Assembly (NCBI GenBank): GCA_031835245.2
Contig: JAVKOQ020000023.1
Coordinates: 124,001-188,000, forward strand
Direction: 5' to 3'
Source of the DNA: Balamuthia mandrillaris
Taxonomy: Eukaryota
Length of the DNA stretch: 64,000 bases
The notes under the pieces are model-generated. The model searched no databases. It was not told the DNA's origin and saw only the letters and a program-made list of their open reading frames with translations. Both the position numbers and the translations under genes were made by a program. Positions 25,053-37,125 of the stretch are shown in pieces; within the stretch, counting starts at the first letter, position 1; every line of letters starts with the position of its first letter.

Positions 25053-27442
25053 TGTTACATGCAAGCTCAAAAATTGATAAGTAGGCCGGTACAGTAGTGG
25101 CAAGTTGACAGTGTTAAAAGGAAGTCCATCGCTGAGCGCTTGTGTGAACTTGCTTGCCGAGAATTTCTATCGTCCGGATCAAGTGGAAGAAATCCTTCGT
25201 TGTATTTACATATCTTTGAGTAAGCCTTTATTTCTTCTTTTCATCAGCTCTTCTCTTCTATCTTTCTCTGTTTTTCCTCCAGTCATGCTCCCTCTCCATC
25301 GAAGTTTTAACCAAGACTTTTTTGATTTAGTGCATCCACCAAAGGAGGACTCACGTTCGACACGTGTAGTTCGCTCAAGAAGTCGTTTCCTTCGAACGCA
25401 ATCAACTTTTCCTCCCACTAAAGAATTCATACTCAAAAAGCTGAATCCTGTGGAAAGTACTCCCACTGCCCGTGCTGCCACATTTAAGTATGCTTCTCTT
25501 GCTAAACTTCTTGTCCTTCTCTCTTCCTTTATTTCGTTCCTCTCTCTCTCTCTCTCTCTGCTTTACTATTGCTGGATATTTATTCTTTTGCGTTTGCGTA
25601 TAATAAGGCAACAAATCGTAAAAAGAAGGTCTGGTTCCTCTTACGTTCCGCGCTCGTCCATGCTACAAAAATGGAACGGAGATAACAGCGTGTTTCCTTC
25701 TCTATCGTCATGGGGGATCAAGCCTCGCGACTATCGCAAAACTAAAGACCAGCTTCTTTCTCCTTTATTGGCGGTTATCTACAAGTACCACACGCGACCC
25801 GCCATTCTCACCAAGGCTCTTCACCTCCTGTCAATGATCCTCATCAACTCTTATCAAACGGAGGCTCTTCGCACGGACTCTGGCCTTAAGATCCTCTTTG
25901 GACTGTTATGGCTATATCCCAATCAAGCCACAATGGTGCGGTACGTGTTGCACTTGATGGCAGCCGTCTGCAATGACCAAGCTGACAGCAACGTGGCCTC
26001 CGCCACCCTGATGAGCAACCTGGGAGCACATGGATTGTTGTTGGAGGTTATGGCTCTGCACAACGAGGACGTGATGGTGGTGTCCCTTGCTCTAGAACTG
26101 CTCAATACCTTCTTGAGGAGGACAAGCTACCTATCGGCCATAAAGTTCTTGAAAGGAGGAAGGAGGAGCGGAGGGGAGGAGGAGCATGGCGGATTGAGAG
26201 CGGTGGTCTTAGCCATGAAGGAGCATCCGCGTGAGCCAAAGGTCATGTCGCCTGCTCTGAAATTGTTGCTCAAGTTGGTGAAGATGGGTATGTTACTCTC
26301 TTTTTTTCTTTCGCTTTCTTTTGTTTGTTGTGCTTCTATTTCTTTTGTTTACCTGATCAACATCCTTATGTTTGCATACATAGATAAAATATTCACAAAG
26401 GCAAACGCCCGTTACTCCTTGCACACGGGTTACCGCATGAAGAGAGCGGGAGTGGTGCACGCCGTAGCTCACGCTATGGTCATTCCCTCCCGAAAGGTGC
26501 CTCGCACGTCGTTGGTGGTGATGTCGGACAAGCTCTTGCAAGCGTTGCTGAACCTCAAGTTTGAGGCGAAGAGCCTAAAGACGGTCTATGCTGGTATCAT
26601 CCAGTGGCTGGATTCCACGAACGTTCCTGCTCCCTTGAGACGTGTTGACTTTGATAACTTGGAACGAACTGGTACTTCTTTCTTTTTAGTTTCTCTTATT
26701 TTGTTTTGCTGTTATTGTTTTTGCAATGTATTTAAATTTCTCGCTTAACATATACAAATAGAAACAAAGCGAGACAAGAATAGGAACAGAAGACGCGCCA
26801 GACGTTCTAGGAAGCAGTACCGCGCATGGAAGAAAGAGAGAAAGGCCACAAAGCCTGAAAGAATGGCTGTACTTTATTTCTCCTGCTTTCTTCTATCTTC
26901 TTTCTTCTGTTACTCATTACCTCATTCCCATCTATTCTTTGAATTAGCAATGGAATGCAAAGAAAGATCAGATAAATGCAATCAAGGCACGGAAGAGAGC
27001 AAACTTTTTAGCTATCGTGTCCAAATTGATACAAGAGGACCTTCAATTGGTGGTCGACGCCCAAGATCTCAAGGAGCACAACCAAGACCTATTCAGAAGG
27101 CGGCTCAAAGCGAAAAGGCTCAAGTTCCGCAAACCCGGCCGACGACCACGTTCGTTTATTTCATTTCTTCTTTTCGTTTTTCTTTGTGTATTTACAATAA
27201 CTCTAACCAACGAGCCAGTGTTAAGGACAGTTGAATCTCGTGGCAAAGCGGGACAAAGTAGAACGATGCGTCATCTGGAGGCATGTCCAGTTGCTCGTGG
27301 CAGAAAAGGTTCGTTGCTTCCTTTATTTCTTCTTTCTCTTTTCTCTCATCTCGCTCTGTTTCGCATTGTTGTTTAACGTTGGTTTTTGTGTTGTGTTACT
27401 TAAGGTCGTTCTTTGAAGGTATCTTACGACCGAGTTAAATGA
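22785..27442 (+). CDS. BC-box-like + LRR + ARM-like protein, paralog B (divergently transcribed from A)
   Basis: Same motif order and matching intron positions as paralog A (ERPLSLLRMCLNLL; LRRs; TEALRTDSG; SNLGAHGLLLEVMALHNEDVMVV; AMKEHPREPKVM). 3' end approximate. Confidence 0.8.
23608..23999. repeat. Right arm of the 392-bp identical inverted segment
   Basis: Reverse complement of 21446-21837. Confidence 0.92.
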
Positions 27443-27582
27443 GAAGAAAGAACAAGAACAAGAAAACGTGTACTATTTACATACACTAAAAGCCATAAAC
27501 GAAATGATTAAAACAAGTACACGCACGCTCTTCTTCGCTTCCAGTGGAAGAAGAGAGACAACCATTCACTCTTGTCCTTTGG

Positions 27583-28811
27583 TTACTTATCGCAAAGAGG
27601 GGGAGTCAAAGCGTCGACAACACATTTGACTCTCCTCTCGTAGCTGCGCTCCATGTCCTCACAGCGACGTTTCCAGTAGTCCTTTGCTCTCTCCTCCTCT
27701 CTTGCCTTTAATGCCCATTCCTTGGCGCTGCGTCTCTCTTCCTCGAGTTGAGCGCGCAGACAAAGGACCTCCTCCTCTTTCCTGCTCAGCTGTGCCTTTA
27801 ACTCGTCCACCTTGTTTTTTGTTTTTCAAAGATTAGGAGTGAACGCAAAGAAAAAGAGAGAAATAAAAAGCAGAAAAAGAAGAAAGTTAACCTTTTTCTC
27901 ATAGCATTCAACACGTTTCTTTAACTCGCAGTTCTCGCGGACCAAAAACTCGACTTTGTCTTCCAAGCATTCGATCTTGGTGGCCTGCTCCGCATTCTTG
28001 ATGGTCAGCTCCTGCACCACCAAGCCCAAAGTACATACTTCCTCCTATATTGGTTTTATTGAAGGGACAACTGTTAACGAAGGGAAAGAAGAGAAGAAGA
28101 AGAGAACGTAATGATAAAAACCTTCAAATGCCAGATGCAACAATACAAGCGGTGCACTTTCTCCCTCAAATAACGGTTCTCTGCAAGGAGCCAATCGATG
28201 AAGCCCTCCGGGATGATCTGCACTCTTCCAGTTATGTCCTGATGGCAATAGATCTCTCTGACCTGGCACTTGGAGAGAATGACGTTCCTGTAGTCGTGCA
28301 GGAGGGCCTCCAGGTCCCTCTGGGGCAGCTCCTTGGAGTCGAACTCGGTCAGCCCGTCGCAGGCCGCCTTCCTGTAGAGCTGCTCCTTTTGCCACTCCTC
28401 CTCCGTCTTGCCAGCTTTGAGCTTTTGCTCTCGACGTTCCTCCTCCGCTTCTCTCTCTTTCTTTAGCGCGGCTTTCACATGTTCTCTTTTGGCGGCGACC
28501 AGAGTTTGGTCCAATGCTTTATAGGCCGTCAGCCGGAGAGTTTCCAAAGAACTCGAAATGTCGTTGAGTTCATCTTCTGCTTCTTCTTTCGTTGCTTCTT
28601 TCACTTTGTGGGAAGACGATTGTTTTTTCTGTTGTTTATGTTTTGGGATGGCAGGAGAGGTTGGGGGAGAGGAGGAAGAGGTGGAGGTCTCGTGAAGGAG
28701 CTTTTGGAGGAGACGCTCCTCTTCGTCCCTGAGGGAGGCTTGCAGGGCTTCAGCCAACATCCTCTGCTCCTGTTCTTCCTGAGCAGATTTGTTCTTCTTC
28801 ATGAAAAACAT
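27583..28811 (-). CDS. Coiled-coil protein with an N-terminal UIM-like motif (3 exons)
   Basis: EEQEQRMLAEALQASL fits the ubiquitin-interacting motif consensus; the rest is heptad-rich; ORFs 28074-28904, 27826-28029 and 27583-27810 can be joined by GT-AG introns. Confidence 0.6.
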
Positions 28812-29063
28812 AGTTCCTGTTGTGCGTTCGCGTGTGGTTTGTGTGTTGGGAAGGAAAAAAAAGACTCGACTTTTGTTTACCTTCTGTTTTTGTGGAAAGA
28901 ACAAAGAAAAATGGTAAATGTTTTTTAATGAGTCTCAAATGTTTTCGTTACCGCGTTACATGCACGCTTCACCACAACCAATTCTATAATTGGGCATTCA
29001 ATTAATATAATTCAAATTAGGAAAAGCAGATCTTATAATTGCTTGAGGAGTCGTTTTCCTGCT

Positions 29064-29279
29064 ATAGAATAGAGGAGAAGGGTGATTGCTTAGCTGCTAA
29101 AGCGAAGCTCTTCTTTTCGTTTCCTGATGAAGAAGAGGCAACTGCTTTGGTGTAATCAGATGTCACTTGCTGACATAACGACCGATACCGCCGTCGCGTT
29201 GTGTGATAAAGTATCCTCTGTTCTGGAAAGAGTCTTGCAAACTCCTCCTCGCTTTGGCTAAATATTACATTTTCTCCTT
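29064..29279 (+). repeat. 216-bp copy of nucleotidyltransferase last-exon sequence, in the intergenic region upstream of the F-box gene
   Basis: Identical by eye to 10598-10813. Confidence 0.95.
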
Positions 29280-29361
29280 GATCTTAGACGACCTTTCCTT
29301 TCGATGCCTGCCCATCCTTTTGCAGCTCTACAGGCAGAAGAAGAAGGAGCTTCGGTCACAC

Positions 29362-30270
29362 ATGCACACAACCACGCCGGCCTCATGGGAGGAACTTCCA
29401 CCAGAACTTTTTTTGCTATGCTTCGGGTACCTTCCTGTGGTGGACCTGGCGGCAGGGTGCTCGCTGGTTTGTTCCTGGTGGTACGCCGCCAGCCAGCAGG
29501 ACTCCTTGTGGGAAGCTCATTTTCATCGCTACCGGCGAAGATGGCAAGAAAGTTTGGAGGGAGCGATCTCTCCGGCATTTCTGCTAAACTGGTTCTTTCC
29601 TGTAGCTTCCTCTTTCTCCTCTTCTTCTGCCGATACTTGTTCGCAGTTGCCAGTGCTGTCGGGGATACGATTTCCAATGCTGGAAGCTTTGGCAACAGGC
29701 ATCAAACGTTCGACTACATTCAAACGCTCTTGCTCTCGCTTCATTCTCTCTTCGTTTCTTCAGTTTCATGTCCCAGCATTACGTCACAACCACATCAACA
29801 AGCACAACCACCAAACCTTCTTCAAAAGCCTGGCGTGGAAAAGTCGTGTGAAAGCGTGTTTCCATCAAAATGGATTGTTGGCCGAACCTTTCTTACGTTG
29901 GTCGCATGAATCGTCTTCTGGTTATTCTTCCGGCTTCAGTGTTTCCTCTTCGACTTGTTCCTGTTTTACGCTGGAAGATAACCTTTTGGCTGAAGTGTTA
30001 TCTTATCTTTGGCCTGTAGAAAGAGAAAGGATAAGAGTGACGTCAAAGAAACTGATGATGGTAGTCGATTGTTTGAACTCATCATGGAAGCTGAGACGGA
30101 TGCAGCAGTTACAGTGGAACAAGAGGAAGAGAAGGACGTTGAAGATGTTGTGGAAGAGGGAACAAGAAGAACAAAAGAGGAAATTGGATGATGGGGAAGA
30201 AGAAAAGGACAAAGAAGGAAGAACAGAAAAGAAAAAAAGGAGGATGACAAAAGAAGAAATCCGTGTTTGA
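29362..30270 (+). CDS. Intronless F-box protein with a second, degenerate F-box and a basic/acidic tail
   Basis: WEELPPELFLLCFGYLPVVDLAAGCSLVCSWWYAASQQDSLW is a canonical F-box; TLEDNLLAEVLSYLWPVERERIRVTSKKL is a second F-box-like motif. Confidence 0.8.
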   Translation: MHTTTPASWEELPPELFLLCFGYLPVVDLAAGCSLVCSWWYAASQQDSLWEAHFHRYRRRWQESLEGAISPAFLLNWFFPVASSFSSSSADTCSQLPVLSGIRFPMLEALATGIKRSTTFKRSCSRFILSSFLQFHVPALRHNHINKHNHQTFFKSLAWKSRVKACFHQNGLLAEPFLRWSHESSSGYSSGFSVSSSTCSCFTLEDNLLAEVLSYLWPVERERIRVTSKKLMMVVDCLNSSWKLRRMQQLQWNKRKRRTLKMLWKREQEEQKRKLDDGEEEKDKEGRTEKKKRRMTKEEIRV

Positions 30271-30356
30271 CTGGTATAAAAATGAAACAGTCGGTTGCAA
30301 AAAGCGAAAGCAACAGAAAAAAGAAGGAAGAAGAACAGAATAAAGAAAGACAGCGT

Positions 30357-31544
30357 TTACGAAGAGAATGGCTGATTGGTGAGGAAACGTTTCAGCATGT
30401 CGAGAGCGTTCTTGGGTTGATCCATTGGTACCATGTGACCGGCGTCCTCCACTTTGAGCCAAGTGAAGCCCTGTTCGCTTTTAACGTGACCAGCCACAGA
30501 ACCACTCACTTTCCAGTCGGTGAAGTTTTGCTTATTGAAAGCTTGTTGGCCTGGCCATTCTAATGCTTCAGTCCACATGTCTCCTCCTACCCAATTGCAG
30601 ATAAAGTCTTTTTATTTTGTTTCGTTAGCAATAAGATGGGAAGACTCAAATACGAAAAAAAGCTAGAAAACAACGAACCAAGCATGCCGGAATAGACAAG
30701 AACGCGGTATTTGTTGGCAAGCATATTGGGAATATGAACGTCGAGGTTGGATATCCAGTCGCCAAGGAGATAGGTATGAACCGCCATGTTGCATGTGGAC
30801 CAGTCGTGTCCTTCCACTCCTAACTCTTTCTTCACTGATGGTTGCTGTACAGTTACGACGAAACAATGTTATCAGAAGAAATGGAAAGAGAAGAATAAAA
30901 ATACGAAAGCGTACCGCGAGGAACTTGATAACAGCATCAAAGTCGTAGCACAAGTTACCATGTTCGCAAGGAATCTTCCAATTGTATGGCTATGATGCAA
31001 GATTCCTATTGTTAGAAAACATATATCAAAAAACACAAACGAAATGCATACATTTGGTGTATAGCCAAGATTCAAGCCCATGGTGAACATTACTGCCTCG
31101 GTGGCGATCTGACATTCCTCCAAGGCAACGATCCATCCTCCAGGCACCCAACTTGCGACGTCGATCAAATCTTGGCATACAGAGAACGCACCTTTGGCGA
31201 TCTCGTATTCTATGGAGTTGATGATATTGTATTGGTATCTAGCAATAAAGTCAGCTTGGAGACATAGCATGGAACAGAGAAGAGGACAGAAATAAACGAA
31301 CGCGTATTCAGCATATCCAGGGTATTGTCTATAAGGATCGACCCATCCGTTGCCAATGCCGATGCCTTTGAGGTTGATATCGACGATGCCTTCATGCTTT
31401 TGGTTAGCGGTCATGACCTTGTACCCGATTGCAGGCACATAATGACCAGCGTACGACTCGCCAATGATATAGAAATCCAGAGGACTGTCGTTTCGATTGG
31501 TTAGTATAAGAAAATGAAACGAGAAAACCTTGGAAGAGGGAGAG

Positions 31545-31594
<50 letters not shown>

Positions 31595-31902
31595 CAAAGC
31601 AGAAGAATGCAGCAGAGGCACTAAGAGAAACCTGTATTGAGGATAAAGCAGGAAGAAGTTTTGGAGGAAGACCCAAAGCTGTTGAGCGACCTGATCTTCG
31701 TCCACAACGTAGTCCCTGCTGGAATCGGCATAGCTAAAGCCGGTACCAACGGGTTGGTCCACGTACAGCAGGTTGGCAAAGGAGTTCCAGCTGTAAGGGT
31801 TCAGCTTCAGCGACAGGTCCTTGTTTACTGTGTAAGGCCCGTTCTCCTGTTGAAGTGAGAATCAAACAGATTAGCAAACGAAAGGAAGCGAAAGGAGAGA
31901 GG

Positions 31903-31942
<40 letters not shown>

Positions 31943-32618
31943 AATGTCACAACGAAGAAGGACGAGAGAATGCGAAAGCAAAGGAGAAACGATAAAAACA
32001 AATGGTAGAAAGAAGCAAAGCAGAAGAGAAGGAAGAAAGCCGCAGTGTGGAGTACGCACAGCAAAGAGAGCCAGTTCAGAGGAGCAACCAGGTCCGCCAG
32101 TGAGCCACAAGACCAACGGGTCGCTGCTGGGCTTCGAACGAGACTCAAACATCCCTTTAAAAAAATTTTTTTGTCAAAGAAAAATAACACACAATAAAGA
32201 ACAAGAAGATGAACCAAAAAAACGGTGAGGAAGAAAAAAAGATACGCACAAAAGAACAAGTGGCTGCCATTATGATACGTTCCATTGATCGTTATGTAAC
32301 CTATAACAGTAATAATGAACCGAAAAAAAAAATCAGTTTTGTTAACAAAAAAGAAAAAGGATGATGCACTGAAAGAAAATAAAAACACAAACCGCTGTGC
32401 TGGGTGACGTTGTCAGGGCCGATGCCTTGTGGAGAGTGCAGGCGGTGATGCTTTGGATTAAATTGAAAGGGTTCAACGTTTTTGTCGTCGTTGTTGTTGT
32501 TCTCTTCCAAAAGGCCGCCGATCGGTTTTCTCAAAGGAACCGAGTGCACGCAGAGCACCAAGCCCACGAAGCAAAGGAACAAGACCTTGGGGAAGGAGAG
32601 AGGCCCTACGCCGTTCAT
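30357..32618 (-). CDS. Serine carboxypeptidase, family S10
   Basis: Signal peptide; [20 protein letters not shown], catalytic [25 protein letters not shown] and [13 protein letters not shown]. Confidence 0.95.
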
Positions 32619-32953
32619 CGTGCGTCCGCCCTGTTTCGTAATTTGTAGTTTTCGACAACAGAGAGAGAAAAAAATTTAATTTATTGTGGAAAATCGGTAG
32701 AAAGTTTACAGCGAAAATGGAGAAAAGTGGATTTCATTCCGATGGGATGGCGTACCAACCAAATGGATGGATGAAATGGACAAACATGGCAGAAAATGGC
32801 GGAAAAGCCATTCTTGGAGAACGCAAAAGAAAGAAAGAAATGGAAGAAATAAGAAGAGAAGAAAAGGAAGAATAACAGAAGCAAGAACAAGAGGGGGAAG
32901 AAAAGCAGCCATACAACAAACCAAAAAGTGATCGATATACAACAGCAGCGGTC

Positions 32954-33722
32954 ATGGAAGGATCACAACAGAAACCCTGGTTTAGGATACGGCAAGGAAG
33001 ATCCGAGGACGCCGAAAAAATCGCCGCTTTGAGCAACCTTGCCTACCTTCCTGACGCAGTCCACTTCAAACACGGCAGCGATCGAACCAACCAAAAAGAG
33101 GTGAGCGTCTTGTTTTTTTTTTTTTTTTTGGCTAGCCTGTGCCACACCTCTCCACGCGGAAGCATTTGACTACAGCAGAACTACTGTGCTACTCCATATG
33201 ACAGGTTGAACAACTTTTCCGCCTTGCAGAGTCTTACTTCCTGGTTGCAGAATTGGACAAGGATGTTTACGGTAAGGCGGTCAAAAGCCCTCCTCGTGCA
33301 CTCCACCGCTCTGCGACCCCCCCAAATGCTAACTCCAAAAAGGTTCATCGGAGGAGGAAGGGAAACTGGTGGGAAGCATTCACTACTGCCACCGTGAGGA
33401 GGGGGTCTACTTTGGGATGCTCTCGGTGCACCCGCAGCACCAGCGCAAAGGCCTGGCCGCGGCCCTCATCCATCGGGTGACGGAGCACGCCCGCGCGGCC
33501 GGCAAGGCTTACCTGGAGATCCACGTCCTCAACATCGTGAACAAGGAGACAGGGGAGGACATGCGCTTCTCGGACCGATGCGGCATCTGGACGGACCTCA
33601 GCGATTACTACCGGCGGATAGGCTTCGAGGAGGTGGCGGGCCGGGAGAGGATACCCTGGGTGGAGGACTGTCCCGTGCGAGACTATCGAGCGGAGTTTGT
33701 GGTGATGCGCAAGGCTTTGTAG
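32954..33722 (+). CDS. GNAT-family N-acetyltransferase (3 exons)
   Basis: FRIRQGRSEDAEKIAALSNLAY, then LVGSIHY and motif A YFGMLSVHPQHQRKGLAAALI, and YYRRIGF. Confidence 0.88.
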
Positions 33723-34358
33723 GTTCCCACCCCCTTTTGTTGCAACGCAGCAAAAAAAGACTGCAGCAACGGAATCGCAAATTTTTTTGGTTGCTGGGCA
33801 TTTTTTTTGAATTGGACCAATGGGACTGCGATCCGTGATCATAAACTTGAACAATACCTAAACTGTACATGAAATTCCGCCGAATGTTTGATCGTGCGGC
33901 TCCCGTTTATTCCCGGATGGAACAGAATATCCTCATTTGGTCCTGGCATCTTTGCCTAAATCTGCGGGGCAGCCCAAAAAAAGAGTTGCCGAACGTAGCG
34001 ACAGACAAACTCTTTCCTCATACTGGCCCTTGCTAGTCAATCCCATTTAACCGACCTTTTTTATGGCTTGCTTCCCTATCTGTTCCCCCGCCGCCGGTTG
34101 TCGCAGTCCGCCGCAACCTCTCTTTACGAAGCGTGCTGGTCAGCAGTAGCACTAGCAGGGCTGGAGGAAGGCATACGCAAACCAAACAAGAGGCAGCGGA
34201 ACACAAAAAATTAAATAATAGCAATAAATAAGGAATTATTAGAAAGAGAAAAAAAATTAAAAAAACAGACGCACTCTCTTTCTTTCTTTCTTTTTCTCTC
34301 TTCTATTTATTTATTTTTTTTTTTTTGTGTGGAAGAGAGAGCGGTTCGTTGCTTGACG

Positions 34359-35103
34359 ATGATGGAGAGGGATGACGAAACAGAGAAAACGGTGATGGGG
34401 GAGGAGGAGGAGGAAGAAGAAGGTGGAGAGGGCTTGGAGGACGGTCAGCCCGCAGACAAGCCCACAGACCCCATCCCCTTCCTCTATGACTTCAAGGTGG
34501 AGGGCAGCGCTAAGAAGAAGCGACCCGCGAAACCACAGACGGATCAACACCAGCAGCTGATGGGCCAGATCAATTGGACAAAGGTTTCTTTTAAAACACG
34601 GAAACTGTTTCTTATAATTTTCTGACTTAGGTTTTTTTTTTTGATACTAACAAAAAAAAAAGATTCTGGGTCTCTCCAAACAACTGCAGCGCCTTTCGAA
34701 CAAAGCGTTGGCGATGGAGCCCATCTCTGAGGATGACCACAGCGCAGCGCTAACGTGCGCCGATGAGATTAGCAGATGCCTCCTCCAACCGCTTCAACAC
34801 TGCGTTCAGTGCGGTACCGGATCCGATTCAGCTGATCTTTTTTTTTTTTTGGTGTTTTTCTTTCTTTCTTTTCTTTTGCTAGTGATGACAGTGATGGTGG
34901 TGATGATAGTGATGGTCATTTTTTATTTTTTTGCTGATGTTTTGCTTTTTTCTTTTCCCTTGTTCTTCGTCTTTGTTCTCATCTTTTGTAGGTTCTACAA
35001 AGACGCCACAGTGGCGAAAAGGTCCCAGCGGGAAAAAAGAGTGCGATATCTGTGTTCTTTTTATTTTTATTTGTTTATCATGAACTCAGATGCAAAAAAC
35101 TAA

Positions 35104-35139
<36 letters not shown>

Positions 35140-35937
35140 AAAACGCATTTATCAAATCGATCATCACAACATCAAACAGCCTTTGCAACGCCTGTGGCAT
35201 CCGCTATCGAAAGCTGCTTCGAAGCGACGCGATGGCCCAACAACAGCCGCCGCCGCAAAAAACTCTTTCTGATGATTGGCCATCACCAGCGTCGTCATCA
35301 TCATCTACTTCCACCCCCACCTCTTCCTCATCCTCTACCGCCACCCCATCATCCCCAGCCACAAGGAAGCAGAGTGCAGAACAACAACCAGCCAGTAGAC
35401 CATCCAACCCAAGGTAAGGGCAAATAAACAAAAAGTCATCTCAGAGACGAGGAGGGATGAGATGGAAGAGAAAGAAAAGTTGTTCGAAGGATCTGATCCG
35501 ACATGCACATTTTTTTAAAAAACCACTCACGCAGAGCTGGGAAAGGTGGCCTGCGGAACGAAGCAAGCGCAACGAGCACACGAAGAACGAAGCAACCATT
35601 GGAACAACACGAGGTGCTGGCACCGGCGGCACAGCGGCGGAGAAGGACCTACTTTCAACGAAACCGAAAACGAGGGCGCACGCCGTCCTTCGGAACCGAA
35701 GCTCATACAGAACAACAAATAAAAGAAGAAGGAGAAGGAGAAGAAAATGAAGCACAACAGCAACGACAACGACCAAGAAAAACGAAACCAACACACAAAT
35801 CCCTTTCCTCTCCCGAACAAACGACCGATGATGATGCTGACTCCTCTTTCCCTCGGCACTCCTCTTCTTCCCCTCATCGCCGCCCACCCACAGCCACCAA
35901 CAAGTCAGCCATTGACTTCCTTTTAAACGAAAAATAA
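34359..35937 (+). CDS. GATA zinc-finger transcription factor (CX2CX18CX2C)
   Basis: Splicing reconstructs CVQC|GSTKTPQWRKGPSGKKD|LCNACGIRYRK; the C-terminus is low complexity and ends SAIDFLLNEK*. Confidence 0.9.
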
Positions 35938-37125
35938 CAGAACACATCATCACATCGTTTCAACACACACACACACCACAAGAAAATAGAATAAGAGGAT
36001 GAAGAAGAAGAAGGAGGAAGAAAAAGTACATGAGCGATGCGGAGCTGAGCCAACTCATCGAGGCAGCCGTCAAGAAGAAGAAGGAGGAAGAAAAAGTACC
36101 AGCGGTAGTTAAAAAGGAATAAGCAACACAAAGATAACGCCATCAACAAGCACACCTGCTGCTGTAAAGCTCTCCTCGAAGATGACGTCACCCTAACCAA
36201 GACTAACGTTCCCCTTTCTTTGAACCGCCGGCCACTGCTTTTCTTTGTTGACAACGTTGGTAGCATGGTTACCTGCACTATCTCCACCATCTCCTTCCCC
36301 TAACACCGCTGGTTTCACAAAAATAGCAAGTGTAGCGCTGTTGCGGACCCTTATCCGTGGGCAGCTGCGTCAAATGGACTTGTATGGTAATTTGAAACAA
36401 AAATAAAAATAAAATAAAAAAATGGATAACAAAAAAAAAAACACTTCTTCCTTTGTAGCGCTGCAAGGTAGACATTTGAACTGAGGTGCCATGTATGTTT
36501 TCCCACTGAGCCAAAGGGCGAGTAGCGTGGCGTGGTATCTTGGTTATGTCTTTCTGCTGCTGAGGGGCGTGGTCAACTTCTCATTTTGTCGACAAAAATA
36601 AAATTAAATCAAATCCAAGCTCGGCCTGACAGGAGTCGAACCGACGTCGTTCAGGTGAGGTAGGGATGGATGGACATGAGAGAGGAGAGGAGAGAGCACC
36701 GAAACACAGAGACTCGCGAAAAGCGGACAAAAAAAGAAGAAAGCCGAGCGGGAAGAGTCGAACGAAAAAGAACCTCATATCTTTGGGGTTTTAATTCCCC
36801 TCTTCCCCTTCCCCCAAAACTACTGGCCTCCTTCAATTGCATCATTTATCGTATCACTGCGTACGTGTTGTGTCTCTCGTTCTTTTCCCCCTCATCTGAT
36901 TTTTTTCTTTTTGTTTTTTTGGGTGCTGCGCTCTCGCATCTTTTGTTCTTTCTCGTCCACAGAGGTGAACATACCTTGCTGCCAGGTCAGTGGCAGGCAG
37001 TCAGCGTGAGTACCTTCTTCATCCCTTCGATCTGCTACCTTTTTTTTTTCATTTTTTCTTTTGAAAGATTTGACAATCTCTTTTTTTTTGTTTGGGATTT
37101 TTCCTTCAAAAACAGAAAAAAAAAA

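Noticed and set aside
35960..36680. Short minus-strand ORFs (for example 36278-36514) between the GATA and CLC genes
   Set aside because: There are some splice-like signals, but I could not build a coherent model or recognise a domain; a small gene cannot be excluded.
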